Origin: Marsupella aquatica
Taxonomy: Eukaryota; Plantae; Marchantiophyta
Assembly (NCBI GenBank): GCA_973895155.1
Contig: OZ316895.1
Coordinates: forward strand, 10,776,184 to 10,840,183
Length of the DNA: 64,000 nucleotides
Direction of reading: 5' to 3'
Position numbers and translations under genes: made by a program. Under the pieces are notes generated by a model that was not told where the DNA came from, ran no database searches, and saw nothing but the letters and a program-made list of their open reading frames with translations. Positions 11,267 through 21,506 of this stretch are shown here, piece after piece. Each line of letters starts with the position of its first letter. The stretch's first letter is position 1.

Positions 11267-12562
11267 AGCAGAGCAGGAGGCAGGGAGAAGCCGAAGAGGA
11301 GGAGGACGATCCCATCAATGCCATTCCAACCAGGGATGACACCTGGAAGGGCTGGGCGGCAACCCTACCAGCAGAGGTGCAACTACATTTTGCACGGGAG
11401 GAGGATGCATGCTTTACGGCCATGCAGACCAAGAAGTACCAAGGCTTCATGGCTGGATCCGGCTTAGAGGCCTTTGTAAGATTACCATGGCTGAAGCCGG
11501 AGGTACCGTAGTCAGACCTCTTAGAATTGGGGTCATGGGAACCCGAGACCAATTGCACGAGGATATATGGGAAGGATTTCTATCTTACTCCCAAAGTGAT
11601 TACCGAGGTGTTTGGCTTGCCGATAGGCAATAAGACCAAAGTTGATACCAGAAAGACCTTGCCTGACAAGGAGTTCCGGTCGTTCCCCGGGCCATCAACG
11701 AAGAATGGCTTCTTCCGGAACACCTGCACCAACCCGCACATAGGAGAGATGATCGACTTCTTGCGGGTGACCATGCACTGTAACTTGCCAAGGGCAGAGA
11801 TCGGCAAGGCATAGGTCTATCTCGCAGAGAGGCCAGACCCAAGCCGGGACTACAACGGGTACCTCCTCAACCAATTGAAGAAGATCTTAAAGGAGGAGCA
11901 ATAGGTAATCGACATGGGGAGCGTGTCGCGACTTGGCTATCACATGCCGCTGTTGTGCCAGTATGCCAGAGGTCAGACTTTTGCCCCAGTACTTCCCCTG
12001 CAGGTAAGGGCACCCGAGGAAGCTCCAGAGCCGAGGCCGGTAGCAGAGAAGCCTCAACCACCTCTTAGCCCTACGATCGAGCAAGTGTTTAGACCAAGGA
12101 AGGAGGACTTGCCGATGCAGCAACCAGACATGCAGAGTCTGCTGAAACTACTGGAGAAAGAGAAGAGATCGGCATCGGCAACGGCAACGGCAACGGCAAC
12201 AATGCAGGACACTACTCCAGAGGAAGGCCTACACCGGCTCACAAGAGAAAACCCCTTTGCTGGAGACAAGGAGAGAATCAGGCCGGAATCCAAGCCAGGT
12301 GTTCGAATGTATGTGGGAGTCTCAAGCTCTGAATCTGAGGCAGAATTGCCTGAAGCTCCTACCGGCGAAGAGGAGAGGGAGAAGCCGGACGTCCAAGAAG
12401 TAGAGGAGGCAGTGGAGGACTGCAGTCATGATAACTCCGGCTATGGGTCGGACCATCACGTTCCAGGAGTAAGGACCTGTGGCCGGTTTGTCCCCACACT
12501 TCCAAGGGTAGTACGAGGGGACCCCAACCAGCAGAGTAGCCCTGAGTCTCCCCCACCAGATG

Positions 12563-12859
12563 CTCGGGGGTTTCACTTCCACAAAAATGGCATATCACGT
12601 GCGACGAAGGATAGGGTCATTTTATTGGTTGTAAGGGAAGACTTAAGAATTTTTGTAGAAGAACAATAGGGTCTTTTAAATTCAATTTTGAGACTTATAA
12701 GAACATTAGGGCCTTTTTAATCCAATTTTTGGAATATTCTAAGAATATTCCAACTTTATAGGGGTTAAAAAATAATATTTTTTTCTTACATTTTAGGGGG
12801 TCCAAGGCCTAAAAACGTCGCAGGTGATGGGGAGGTCCCCATGTAGTGAGACCCCCGAG
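12563..12859 (+). mobile_element. MITE copy 2 (297 bp), 8-bp TSD ACCAGATG
   Basis: TIRs CTCGGGGGTTTCACT / AGTGAGACCCCCGAG; perfect TSD at 12555-12562 and 12860-12867. Confidence 0.93.
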
Positions 12860-15481
12860 ACCAGATGTTGCTCCCCCGAGCTTTGACGGCATAAAACAGA
12901 CGGCGCAGGAATTTCAGGAGCGAATCAGGCAGGAAGAGGAGGCAGCCCTGGCTAGGGAAAAGGATTTACCAGGAGGAGATTGGCCGGAGGACATCAGGCG
13001 GCTAGCCAAAAAAGGAAGAAAACCTCTAGCCACAATTGAAGAGATCCGCAAGACGGCTTGGGAGCAGAGGCCGCGATGGGCGATGCCGATCACTTCTACT
13101 TACTCCACCTACGCTAAGAATAGAGCCATGGAGTATGGTGAGATGTGTGGAGAACTTGCGCTCGGCATCTTTGGAGAGGAGTTGGAGGTAGGACCCTTTT
13201 TCCATAGGGAGCAGTTGGAGAAGAACCAATTAGAAGAAGCGGTGGCCTTGGAGAGAAGCAAGAAGGACGAGGTCATCCGGCGGCTTAGGAGAATGGAAGC
13301 CGAGATTGAAGATCTAAAGGCGGCCAAGAAAGCCCAAGATGAACTGCGGATTAAACGGCATGAGCTGAACATCATGCAGGGGCAGCTGGACACAGCGCAG
13401 GCTGATAATCAGAATATCAAGGATAAACTAACTCAGACGCAGGGAGAGTTGGCCGATACGATCAAAGAGAGGGAGAAGTGGAAGCGAGAGCTGAGGAATG
13501 CAGAGGAGGCCCACATAACAGCCAACAGCCGGGCCATGGCAGAGACCCAAAGAAAGGAATGGGTGTTGAAGGGGGAGCTCGAGAAAATCCGTGGAGCCCT
13601 TGAGCAGAAGGAGGCCAAGTTAGGAAAATCCTATCAAGGGATTATGGCGCTGCAGCAGGAGCTTGCGTCCCTGACGGCCAGCTTCAAGGCCGACCTAAGG
13701 GAGAAGGACGAGATGCTCGATCAGACTTACGCCAAGATGAATCAGATGGAGTCTGTCATCATTGCAGAGCTCGACAAGGAGCTAAGAGCAACCCGGGAGG
13801 AGAGGGCTACCTTGAAGAAAGAACGGGAGGAAGCCCAGAAGGAACTAGAGGAGGCGAGCAAGGACCTGGATGAGACCCAGGAGGAGTTGGAGGAGATCAC
13901 GAGGAAGATGGAGAACCTCCAGCGGCGGGCCGACAACCAAACAGAGCGGCTGAAGAAACAAGCCGCAGTATTTAAGTGCTTGTCTTCATCAGGCCCAACT
14001 CCAATTGGGGCAACCAAGTTACCAGGAGTGGTACTGGCCGAAGAAAAAGCCACGCCACCTGCACCAGTGCCGGAAGTAAGTGGGAAGGGGAAGGGACCAA
14101 CTGCCGAACCAGAAAAGAAGAAGAAGCGGAAACCTTCAGGGTCAAGGAGTAATACGACTCCACTGGCCGTGGTGACCAAGGAGGTAGACCCAGCACCAAC
14201 CTCCGGCAGGAACACGGCAATAGATCCCACTATCACCAAGGGTGGGGAGGGTGCGGCCCAAGCCGAACTACTCAATCATGAGGCCGGTATCCCAGATCCG
14301 CCTCTTGAGCAGGCCGGGGAGACCGTAGCCGAGGCTGAGGCCGTAGCCGATAATGATTCCCGAGCCGAGGCCGACGCTGATTGTGGACCCAGGCAGTCCG
14401 ATGGAGAGTTGACTCAGTCAAGGGCAGGTAATCTGTCAGAGAACGGACCAACGGCAGTGGCTGAGGAGGAAGCGTTGGGGGCGTCCATTGAGGATCCACC
14501 ACCGGTGTCGTGACGGTGCAAGAGCGCCGTTCCTTTTAGGAAAGGCGGACGTGGAGGGAGGAGGCGTGAGTGGGCAGGGCGGGCGCTGATCTCCAAGTTT
14601 AGGATTAGGATCAGGACCAGGAGCGGCCCTGACACTTAGCTTTGTGGGATTGCGGTTCCACTGGTAGGAGCAACACTTGTGCTCCTGCCTTGCTGTACAT
14701 AGGTAGATCCGGGCAAGTAGATTACTGTTAGGTAGATTAGGCTTACGCTGCAAAGAATTAGGCGGATCCACTACCAGGATAAGTACCTGGGCAACGGGGA
14801 GCTCAGGGCCTCTTCTTTAGCAAGTTTTTAGTTTGCACCAGCCGGGCTGGGATCAAGTAGTAAGGGAAGCTCTCGGTTAGTCATACAGTGACCCTTGTGT
14901 ATATTCATGTTTCCTCATGCCTAAGAGCTGAATAGAGTTGGCCTCACGGCTTAGTTCGCAGAGCTTGTGTATGAGATGTACTGTTTGTATGACAAGTGCA
15001 TGGTATGACTCAGTCAGAAGGAGTCATTTTGCTATTTGTGTGTCGTATTAACTTGTGTGAAGAGTGCCCACATCAACTAACAGTAGTAAGGAAAGTAAGC
15101 AGGGGAGTGAGAGTTGGATGTGTCGAGTTGAGAGAGGTCTTAGCGGCTTAACCAAGCCTATTGGGGATCATTCCGGCGGCGGAATCCAAACATACCTAAC
15201 AAGACAGAGGGGAAAACAAGGGAAGGCCTAGATTAGGCCGGCTACGTATCTCATGACCCGATGAAGGATCTGTCCAATATATGTGTGTAAAATGTTAATA
15301 GTAGTAGTAGAAGGTTAGCAGCGTCCCATGCCGCTAAGCCGCGGAAACGGCCTCGCCAAGCGCGAAACCTGCGGGAATCGGCTTGAGCTGGGGGGTTTCT
15401 TGGGTTTAGGGAGCCATGGGGCGCACCACAGTTACCCTTCTAGTTTCGAAGTTAGCAAATGCTGAATAATGTGTCTACCAG

Positions 15482-15823
15482 ATCTTCGAAAAGAAGCCCA
15501 CCACAATTAAGAACTTCGGTATCTGGGTGAGGTATCAGAGTCGTACAGGTTATCCCAACATGTACAAGAAATATCGTGATACCACATTGAACATCGTTGT
15601 AGAGCAGATGTATGATGAGATGGCTTCTTGTCATAGAGTTCGGTTCCCTTGCATCCAGATCATCAAGACTACGACAGTCCCTGTCTCTCTGTGCAAGCGA
15701 CAAAGTACCAAGCAGTTCCATGATTCAAAGATCAAGTTCCCCTTGACGTACCGCAAGATTCAACCTCCATTGCGAAAGCTAAAGACGACTTACAAGGCCA
15801 CCAAGCCCAACACATTTGTTTGA
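15482..15823 (+). pseudogene. RPL18A: 60S ribosomal protein L18a (eL20), terminal exon only; probably a decaying copy
   Basis: After an acceptor (ctaccag): [37 protein letters not shown]...[13 protein letters not shown]...[12 protein letters not shown]...[15 protein letters not shown]. Normally conserved sites are changed (YHN to YPN, KEY to KKY, ASR to ASC). No upstream exons are found in the window. Confidence 0.85.
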
Positions 15824-15869
15824 GTAGTGCGGGTGCAGGTTCCCAATTTTGAAACAATTTGGCTCATTT

Positions 15870-18448
15870 TATGTCCCGAGGGACTCCAGGAGTTTATGTA
15901 TTGAGTTTCTAGGTCAGGATGCTTAATATAAGGAAATTCAATTTTCACTTCGTTCCCAGCTTCTACTAATTGAATATACACGAGATGGAAGCAAGAAGAT
16001 AAGCCACAATCTAGCATCTTAGCCAAACACATTCGTCCCGACAAAGCAAAACTACAATCACACAGTGCGAGTTGTGTCTGCACCGGCACCCCCAGTGAGA
16101 CTGATCAGCATTTGGACTGCATCATTGTCTAGAGCTAGCAGTGGAAGGAATCAACATAGCTAGCAGTGGAAGGTGCAGTGGAGATAGCATGGGGACAGGG
16201 AAGGAAATGCAGGTTCCTTAAGCATAAATTTCCAAAAATGGAACAACAGGAAATGAAGAATAGGCACTGAAGCGGTCAACTAGACAAACGTTGTAACAAG
16301 GCAGCAAGCATTGGATTAAGAAGAAGCAAGGTTTCATCAGCAGAAGCAAGGTTTCATCAACAATGGCATTGTGAGACAAACCACTCCTTACAAATTTCTA
16401 CAGACATCCTCCCCACTTGCAGCTTCTCGGCCAGGCTGGATTTCTTGTAAGACAGGTTTCTTGTAAGAAAGATTTCTTGTTTGGTGAGGAAAGATCAAAA
16501 AGCAACTGATCAATGCCTTCTTGTCATCTAGAAGAGCTGGATGCAGCCCTGTCTCACATTTAATGTTAAACTGAATGAAAGACATTATGCGCATGCACAA
16601 AAGAAAGACATGAATATAATTAAGGTAGGTTTTAAGGAGCGGAGTCAGCAGTCAGACTTAGAAAGTTCAAATTGAAGCGCCATTAGTTTGGCGTGGTCAA
16701 GAGTAAATAAATGTTGGTCAGGGATACTCACCTCTTTTGAATGTATTACTGACTCAGCTAAGCCCAGCTAGACAGAAGTCACTCAGACCCACAAAAAAGT
16801 GAAGATCCACCTCCAAGCCGGAGCTCTATCACTTCAGTAGAGCAGCTTCTGGACGGAACCAACTCTAATCAGCCCCACAGAACACAAATGTTAAGGCTCC
16901 AAGTCAGAGCTCACTTCAGCCAAGGTGGACATCGCAGCTAGACCATTCAGTATAGGCAGTATGGAGCCTGAGACTACACTCATTGTTCAGAATTGAGGTG
17001 ATGAAAGTGAGTTGGCATCAGTGGATACAATGAGAGGGGAAAAAATTCTGACCAAATCACACCTCTATAATCAGAGAGGTTCTATTTCCAGGGAACTCAT
17101 TCATTGACCAGAGTAATATGGCCCACATTTAATTAGACTATGATAGACTCTTCCTCTGCAGACTCAAACTCGAGGAACCCCCACAGATGCCAGCATATAC
17201 ATGAGCTAGAAGCAAGAAGACAAGTCGCAATCTAGCATCTTGGCCAAACACATTCTTCCTGGCGATAGTAACTGCAAGCAAGGGGGAGACAGGGAGAACA
17301 AGGAGAATAGGGAGGCAACTCACAATGGAGCTAGGTAGCTCATGATCAAGCAGCTTGCAATTGCAGCAACAGTAGTCTTAGCAGCAAGCGATTGAGCTCC
17401 AGGAAATGACAAACCCGCAGCTGAGTCCTCAACTGACAAAATGTTCGCCACTCGACCCTCCTTCCAACTGCAACCGCCAGATAGTAGGAATAAGATAGAG
17501 AGGTTGTAGCCTTCTCAGTGATCCAATAGCACCTCTCTTACCACCTCCGCTCTTAGCACATCCGCTCGCACCTCCGCTCGCACCTCCGCTCTCAGCACCT
17601 CCTTTGGCACCTGAGCCGCTCTCAGCACCTCCGCTCGCACCACCTCCTTTGGCACCTGAGCCGCTCTCAGCACCTCTGCTCGCACCGCCGCCCAAACTGA
17701 AGCTACGTAGCAATCCTCAGCAGTGTGTGACAGAAGCACTCCACTCCAGCTCCACTCCGCTCGCGCTCCACTCCAGCTGCTCTCCGCTCGTAGCTCCTCA
17801 GCCAGACCGGCGGCCAGAGCAGCTCCCAAATTGCAGCTCCTGCCCGCCAACAACTCCTCCCAGTCCTAGAGCTCGTCGTCCACTGCAGCTCACCTCTCCA
17901 CTCCGCAAGCCGGTCGCCCTCTCAGCTTGAATGCTCTAGAGCTTTGAAGGTAAACCTTCAAGCTCCAAGCGCAAAACTCCCCTACGCGAAGGAACTGCCC
18001 CGATCGCGAAGCACACTCCCCACTTCGTGAGACCGCGCACAATGTGACGACCTTCAGGCACGACGAATGTCCCCGTAATGGACAAGTGAGTTTTTCTGAA
18101 ACAAAAACCTCCGAGTTCCCACGCACATTGAACTGAACTTTGCACTCTGCTGGCGTGTTTAAACCCTAAACAAAACCCGCGCACCCTAAACTCGTGTCCA
18201 AAGGCACACTCACGAACAAAGCATACCTTAACACTTAGTGACACTTAGTGAACCAAACCCAATGAGCCTCGACCACTTTGCGTTGACATGAGCCGTTGAT
18301 ACACATGTTAGTACCCTAAAGCAAATTGGACACGACACTTTGTGAGCAAAGATTAAATGAACGCAACTGTAACCTCTTAGAACGCAACTGTAAATTAACC
18401 CTTACACATGCCACTTAGGGAGGGTGGACAAAGAATGGGGGCCAGACA
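15870..18448 (-). mobile_element. Degenerate LTR-like repeat with an internal minisatellite
   Basis: Ends GGGGGCCAGACA (TGTCTGG on the minus strand). A ~80-bp internal duplication occurs at ~15975 and ~17195. No TSD found. Confidence 0.35.
17540..17692. repeat. Minisatellite of 12-15-bp units CCGCTC(G/TCAG)CACCT
   Basis: Repeated CACCTCCGCTCG, CCGCTCTCAGCACCT and CCTTTGGCACCTGAG units. Confidence 0.85.
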
Positions 18449-20416
18449 CTACTTTAGCCCTGAATTGAAAATGATATCACCCCAATATTCTTGTCAAAGT
18501 TGCCCATGAACTCTAAGGAATCCATTGAGCAGCATAAGACTTACTATTATAGAGGCAAGTACTCCCATGCACGTTTAATTAGGCTAGGATAACTACAATG
18601 CTCTTGACATGAAGACATTTAACTAGTTCTGCAACCCTAAACCCCCATTCCTTCTATGTGCACCTAGTGCTCCCGACTCCGCAAGTTGCAAGTCAAGGGT
18701 TGTAAATGGAACATTCCGTGATGTCTAGAGTGCATGTAATCCTTCTTGCACTCTATTTCAGAATGTCGTAATGGAGAGTAGCTTATTCAACTTACATATG
18801 ACTGCCCTACTAGTGTTACAATTGCTACTTTATCAGAAGTTGTAGGAATGACTTTCACAAATATCCCCCAAAAATCAGTTGATAAAATGTAACAACAATG
18901 ACTCCCCTAAACTTGGAGTCATGTATTTTTGAAAGTCTCCCTAAAGTCACAAAGCATAGGGTCTCAAAAGGGGACGTTTTCTTCTAGTGTCACTAACCTA
19001 CTTACCAGTGTCTGTTGAGCTTGAGTTAGGATGCTAGACTCAGGAGATCTAGATCCTGAAAGGTTACTTACCGAGACGTTTGGTTGCTTGTGCAGACAGT
19101 GCGGGAGACAGTGAGGACCGTTGAGCAACGGTTGTGTTGGAGAGCAAGTGCGACTTCGTATGGGAGGGGCCGCTGGTGGTGCAAGGGGCACTAGGTTGCT
19201 TGCTCGAGGTATTCCATGGAGACGTTAGGCACCAGGGGCACTTAGGCGTGGGTGTTGGGATTGGTGAGGGCGCTGGGTGGCAAGGTCCACCACTCACCCC
19301 AAGTACTGCCCTTAGTTTGCTTCATGGTTGACTTAGGGTCTGATCTATTGTTCTTTCTTCTTGGAATTATAAATCAAGTTACTTTTCTCTTTTCCCCCAA
19401 AGACCCTTATTTTGGACATAGTTGGTTGAATGAGACTGGGCCCTAGACTGGGTAATTAAGGACACCTACAGAGCCAGATACAAAGCAACATGTAGATTGA
19501 CATAGGTTGGAAGGTGTACCATTGTAAGAATATATGAGGGAAGTCAACTTGTTTATGCTTAGTGTAGCCTTCTCCTTAATTAGGGAGCCCTAGTACATTG
19601 GTCCCTTCCTAAGTTGCACAAGTTAGGATCTTGACAAGTGCAATTGTGCACCAAGTGCAAGCCTGTGAGCTGCCACCAAATGGAGTACTGACACAAATTG
19701 CATTTAATAAATGCAACTTTTTCTGGCAGAAATGACAAAAAAATTTCACCCCAGGTATGCAGCTCTTATATAATAGGCAGGGGTCTAGTACATTTTTAAA
19801 TGATTGGACTAAAATATTAGCTATAACAAAAATTAAAACTTGAAAAATGCGGGTTTTTCCATATTAAAATTTTATGAGCAATATAGAAAGTTTAGTTTTC
19901 TTCTTTTCCCACATAACATTAAAAACAATTCTAAACTTGCTGAATTTTTATTAATATATTTTTAATTTTTCTTAATAAAAATCCTATAAAGCTGGCTAGT
20001 TTGGCTGAGACCCTTGTATTGATCATTGAAAGCCATATAATCTGGTTTTTAATAAGTTTTGCCACATCAAAACAAGATTGGTTTTTTTTTGAAGTCACAT
20101 TTTTGGATTCTTTGAATTGAGAGGTGCAAGAGTTTAGTAAAATAAAATGAAACTTCAAATGATCAATTCGAGATAGAGTTATTATAATTTATTTAAAGAT
20201 TGTCTTATAAAAAGGAAGTTGCGTACTCGGGCATTTTGCCTTTCATTTCAGCATAATTCATAAAGATGTGCACTTTTTGCTAACTAAGTATAATTTTACT
20301 TAAAACCACATTTACCAGTAAATAATCTCATTTCCTAATGGGAGTGTTGATTGCACCTTTCAAGATAGGTTAATTAGTTTGATGCCAAAAGCAAGATTAT
20401 CCCATTCTCTTGATAC

Positions 20417-20732
20417 CTTGGGGGCCTCACGTACTCCAAGAAATTAAGGTCTCATATCACGCGCAAAGTTTTCAATTATTAAACACCCTACAACTTAAGA
20501 AAATAAAGCAAATATATGTTTGTATTTTTAACCCCTAACTTTATGGAATATTCTAGGAATATTTGCAAATTTGAAATTAAAAACCCCTATAGTTCTTATA
20601 ATGCTTAAAATTGGATTGAAAACTTACACCAATTCTTCAACAAAATCTTAAAGGCTTTCACCGAATTGAATTAAAAAAACCCTAAGTTCTTTTTGCACAA
20701 TGGGTTGGAAGAAAAGAAGTGAGGACCCGGGG
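20417..20732 (-). mobile_element. MITE copy 3 (diverged), 8-bp TSD CTTGATAC
   Basis: Ends CTTGGGGGCCTCAC / GTGAGGACCCGGGG; perfect TSD at 20409-20416 and 20733-20740; core similar to the reverse complement of copy 2. Confidence 0.8.
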
Positions 20733-21386
20733 CTTGATACTAACTAAAGCCTAATTAAAACCACAGTATGTCATTTAGGTGGAGAGTGATAGAACTCAGT
20801 TTTTTCCTGCTCATCTCAATCACTTTCTAGTGGATGTTCAATCTCTTTCTCTTTCAATGAAGTGTAAATATCAATTAAGTGTGAGAAAACTCCACTATTG
20901 AGTTTCACTATGAACTATTGCAAGAAACCCATACATAACCCTGGATTTAGTAACAATTGCAATTTAATTTACCTTAGCTATGATTACTCAAAGTACTAAG
21001 TGAGACAGTGCTAGTTTCGCCATGCCCTCAGGACTTGCAATGGACCAACGTAGCATAACTCTGTGTGGATGGCATAGGTATTTTCATTGACTTCAGTCAC
21101 CTTCCAATGAAATTCTATCTAATCTACAACTATAATAAGAGATCCTGTGTTTTTTCGTCCTAATGTTTCCCAACATACAAAAGTTCCTCGGTGGGAAAGA
21201 TCCACACCTATTGGATTTGTTTGTATATTTTCCTTGATCATTGATAGAAGAAATGGGCACCCTTAGTGCATATGTGCCCCATAAGTGTCCTTGCTAGACT
21301 CCCTATGGGCCAACCCTCCTTGCATGGTGTGCAACCCAGTGACACAGGGCTAGTTTAAACAATAAAAAACTAACATGAGTCTAGTG

Positions 21387-21506
21387 GAGCGTTCACCCCG
21401 TATCATCATCAAATAACATAACATCATTCCATAACTTAAATAGAGCGTTCACCCCGTATCATCATCAATTAAATAACATAACATCATTCCATAACTTAAA
21501 TAGAGA
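21387..21506. repeat. Near-perfect ~56-60-bp tandem duplication
   Basis: GAGCGTTCACCCCGTATCATCATCAA...ATAACATAACATCATTCCATAACTTAAATA occurs twice, differing by a short indel. Confidence 0.9.

Larger units (their letters stand above)
10238..14513 (+). pseudogene. Degenerate ~1200-codon TE accessory ORF (plant-mobile-domain-like block plus long coiled coil)
   Basis: ORFs 10238 and 10679 share a frame, as do 11527 and 11914, separated by TAG stops. Removing MITE 12563-12859 plus one TSD fuses ...SPPPD with VAPPSFDG... in frame. Contains GKDFYLTPKVITEVFGLP. At least one frameshift is needed near 10800-10900. Confidence 0.7.
10123..15430 (+). mobile_element. Putative ~5.3-kb 3' LTR containing a long degenerate ORF and two MITEs
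   Basis: Starts TGTGATGC after the PPT and ends GCACCACA (inverted-repeat match 7/8), then host intron sequence follows. The shared LTR hairpin motif is at 15171-15195. Confidence 0.55.

Noticed and set aside
10939-12859. MITEs acting as splice-out introner elements that preserve the ORF
   Set aside because: No GT-AG pair sits at the element ends, and the host ORF also carries independent stops, so simple disruption is more likely.
17429-17930. Gly/Ala-rich and Pro-rich (extensin-like) ORFs
   Set aside because: They are translations of the minisatellite, open in several frames, with no gene structure.
18500-19500. Degraded TE coding remnants (also 27900-29600 and 38700-39800)
   Set aside because: Too decayed to assign any domain by eye.
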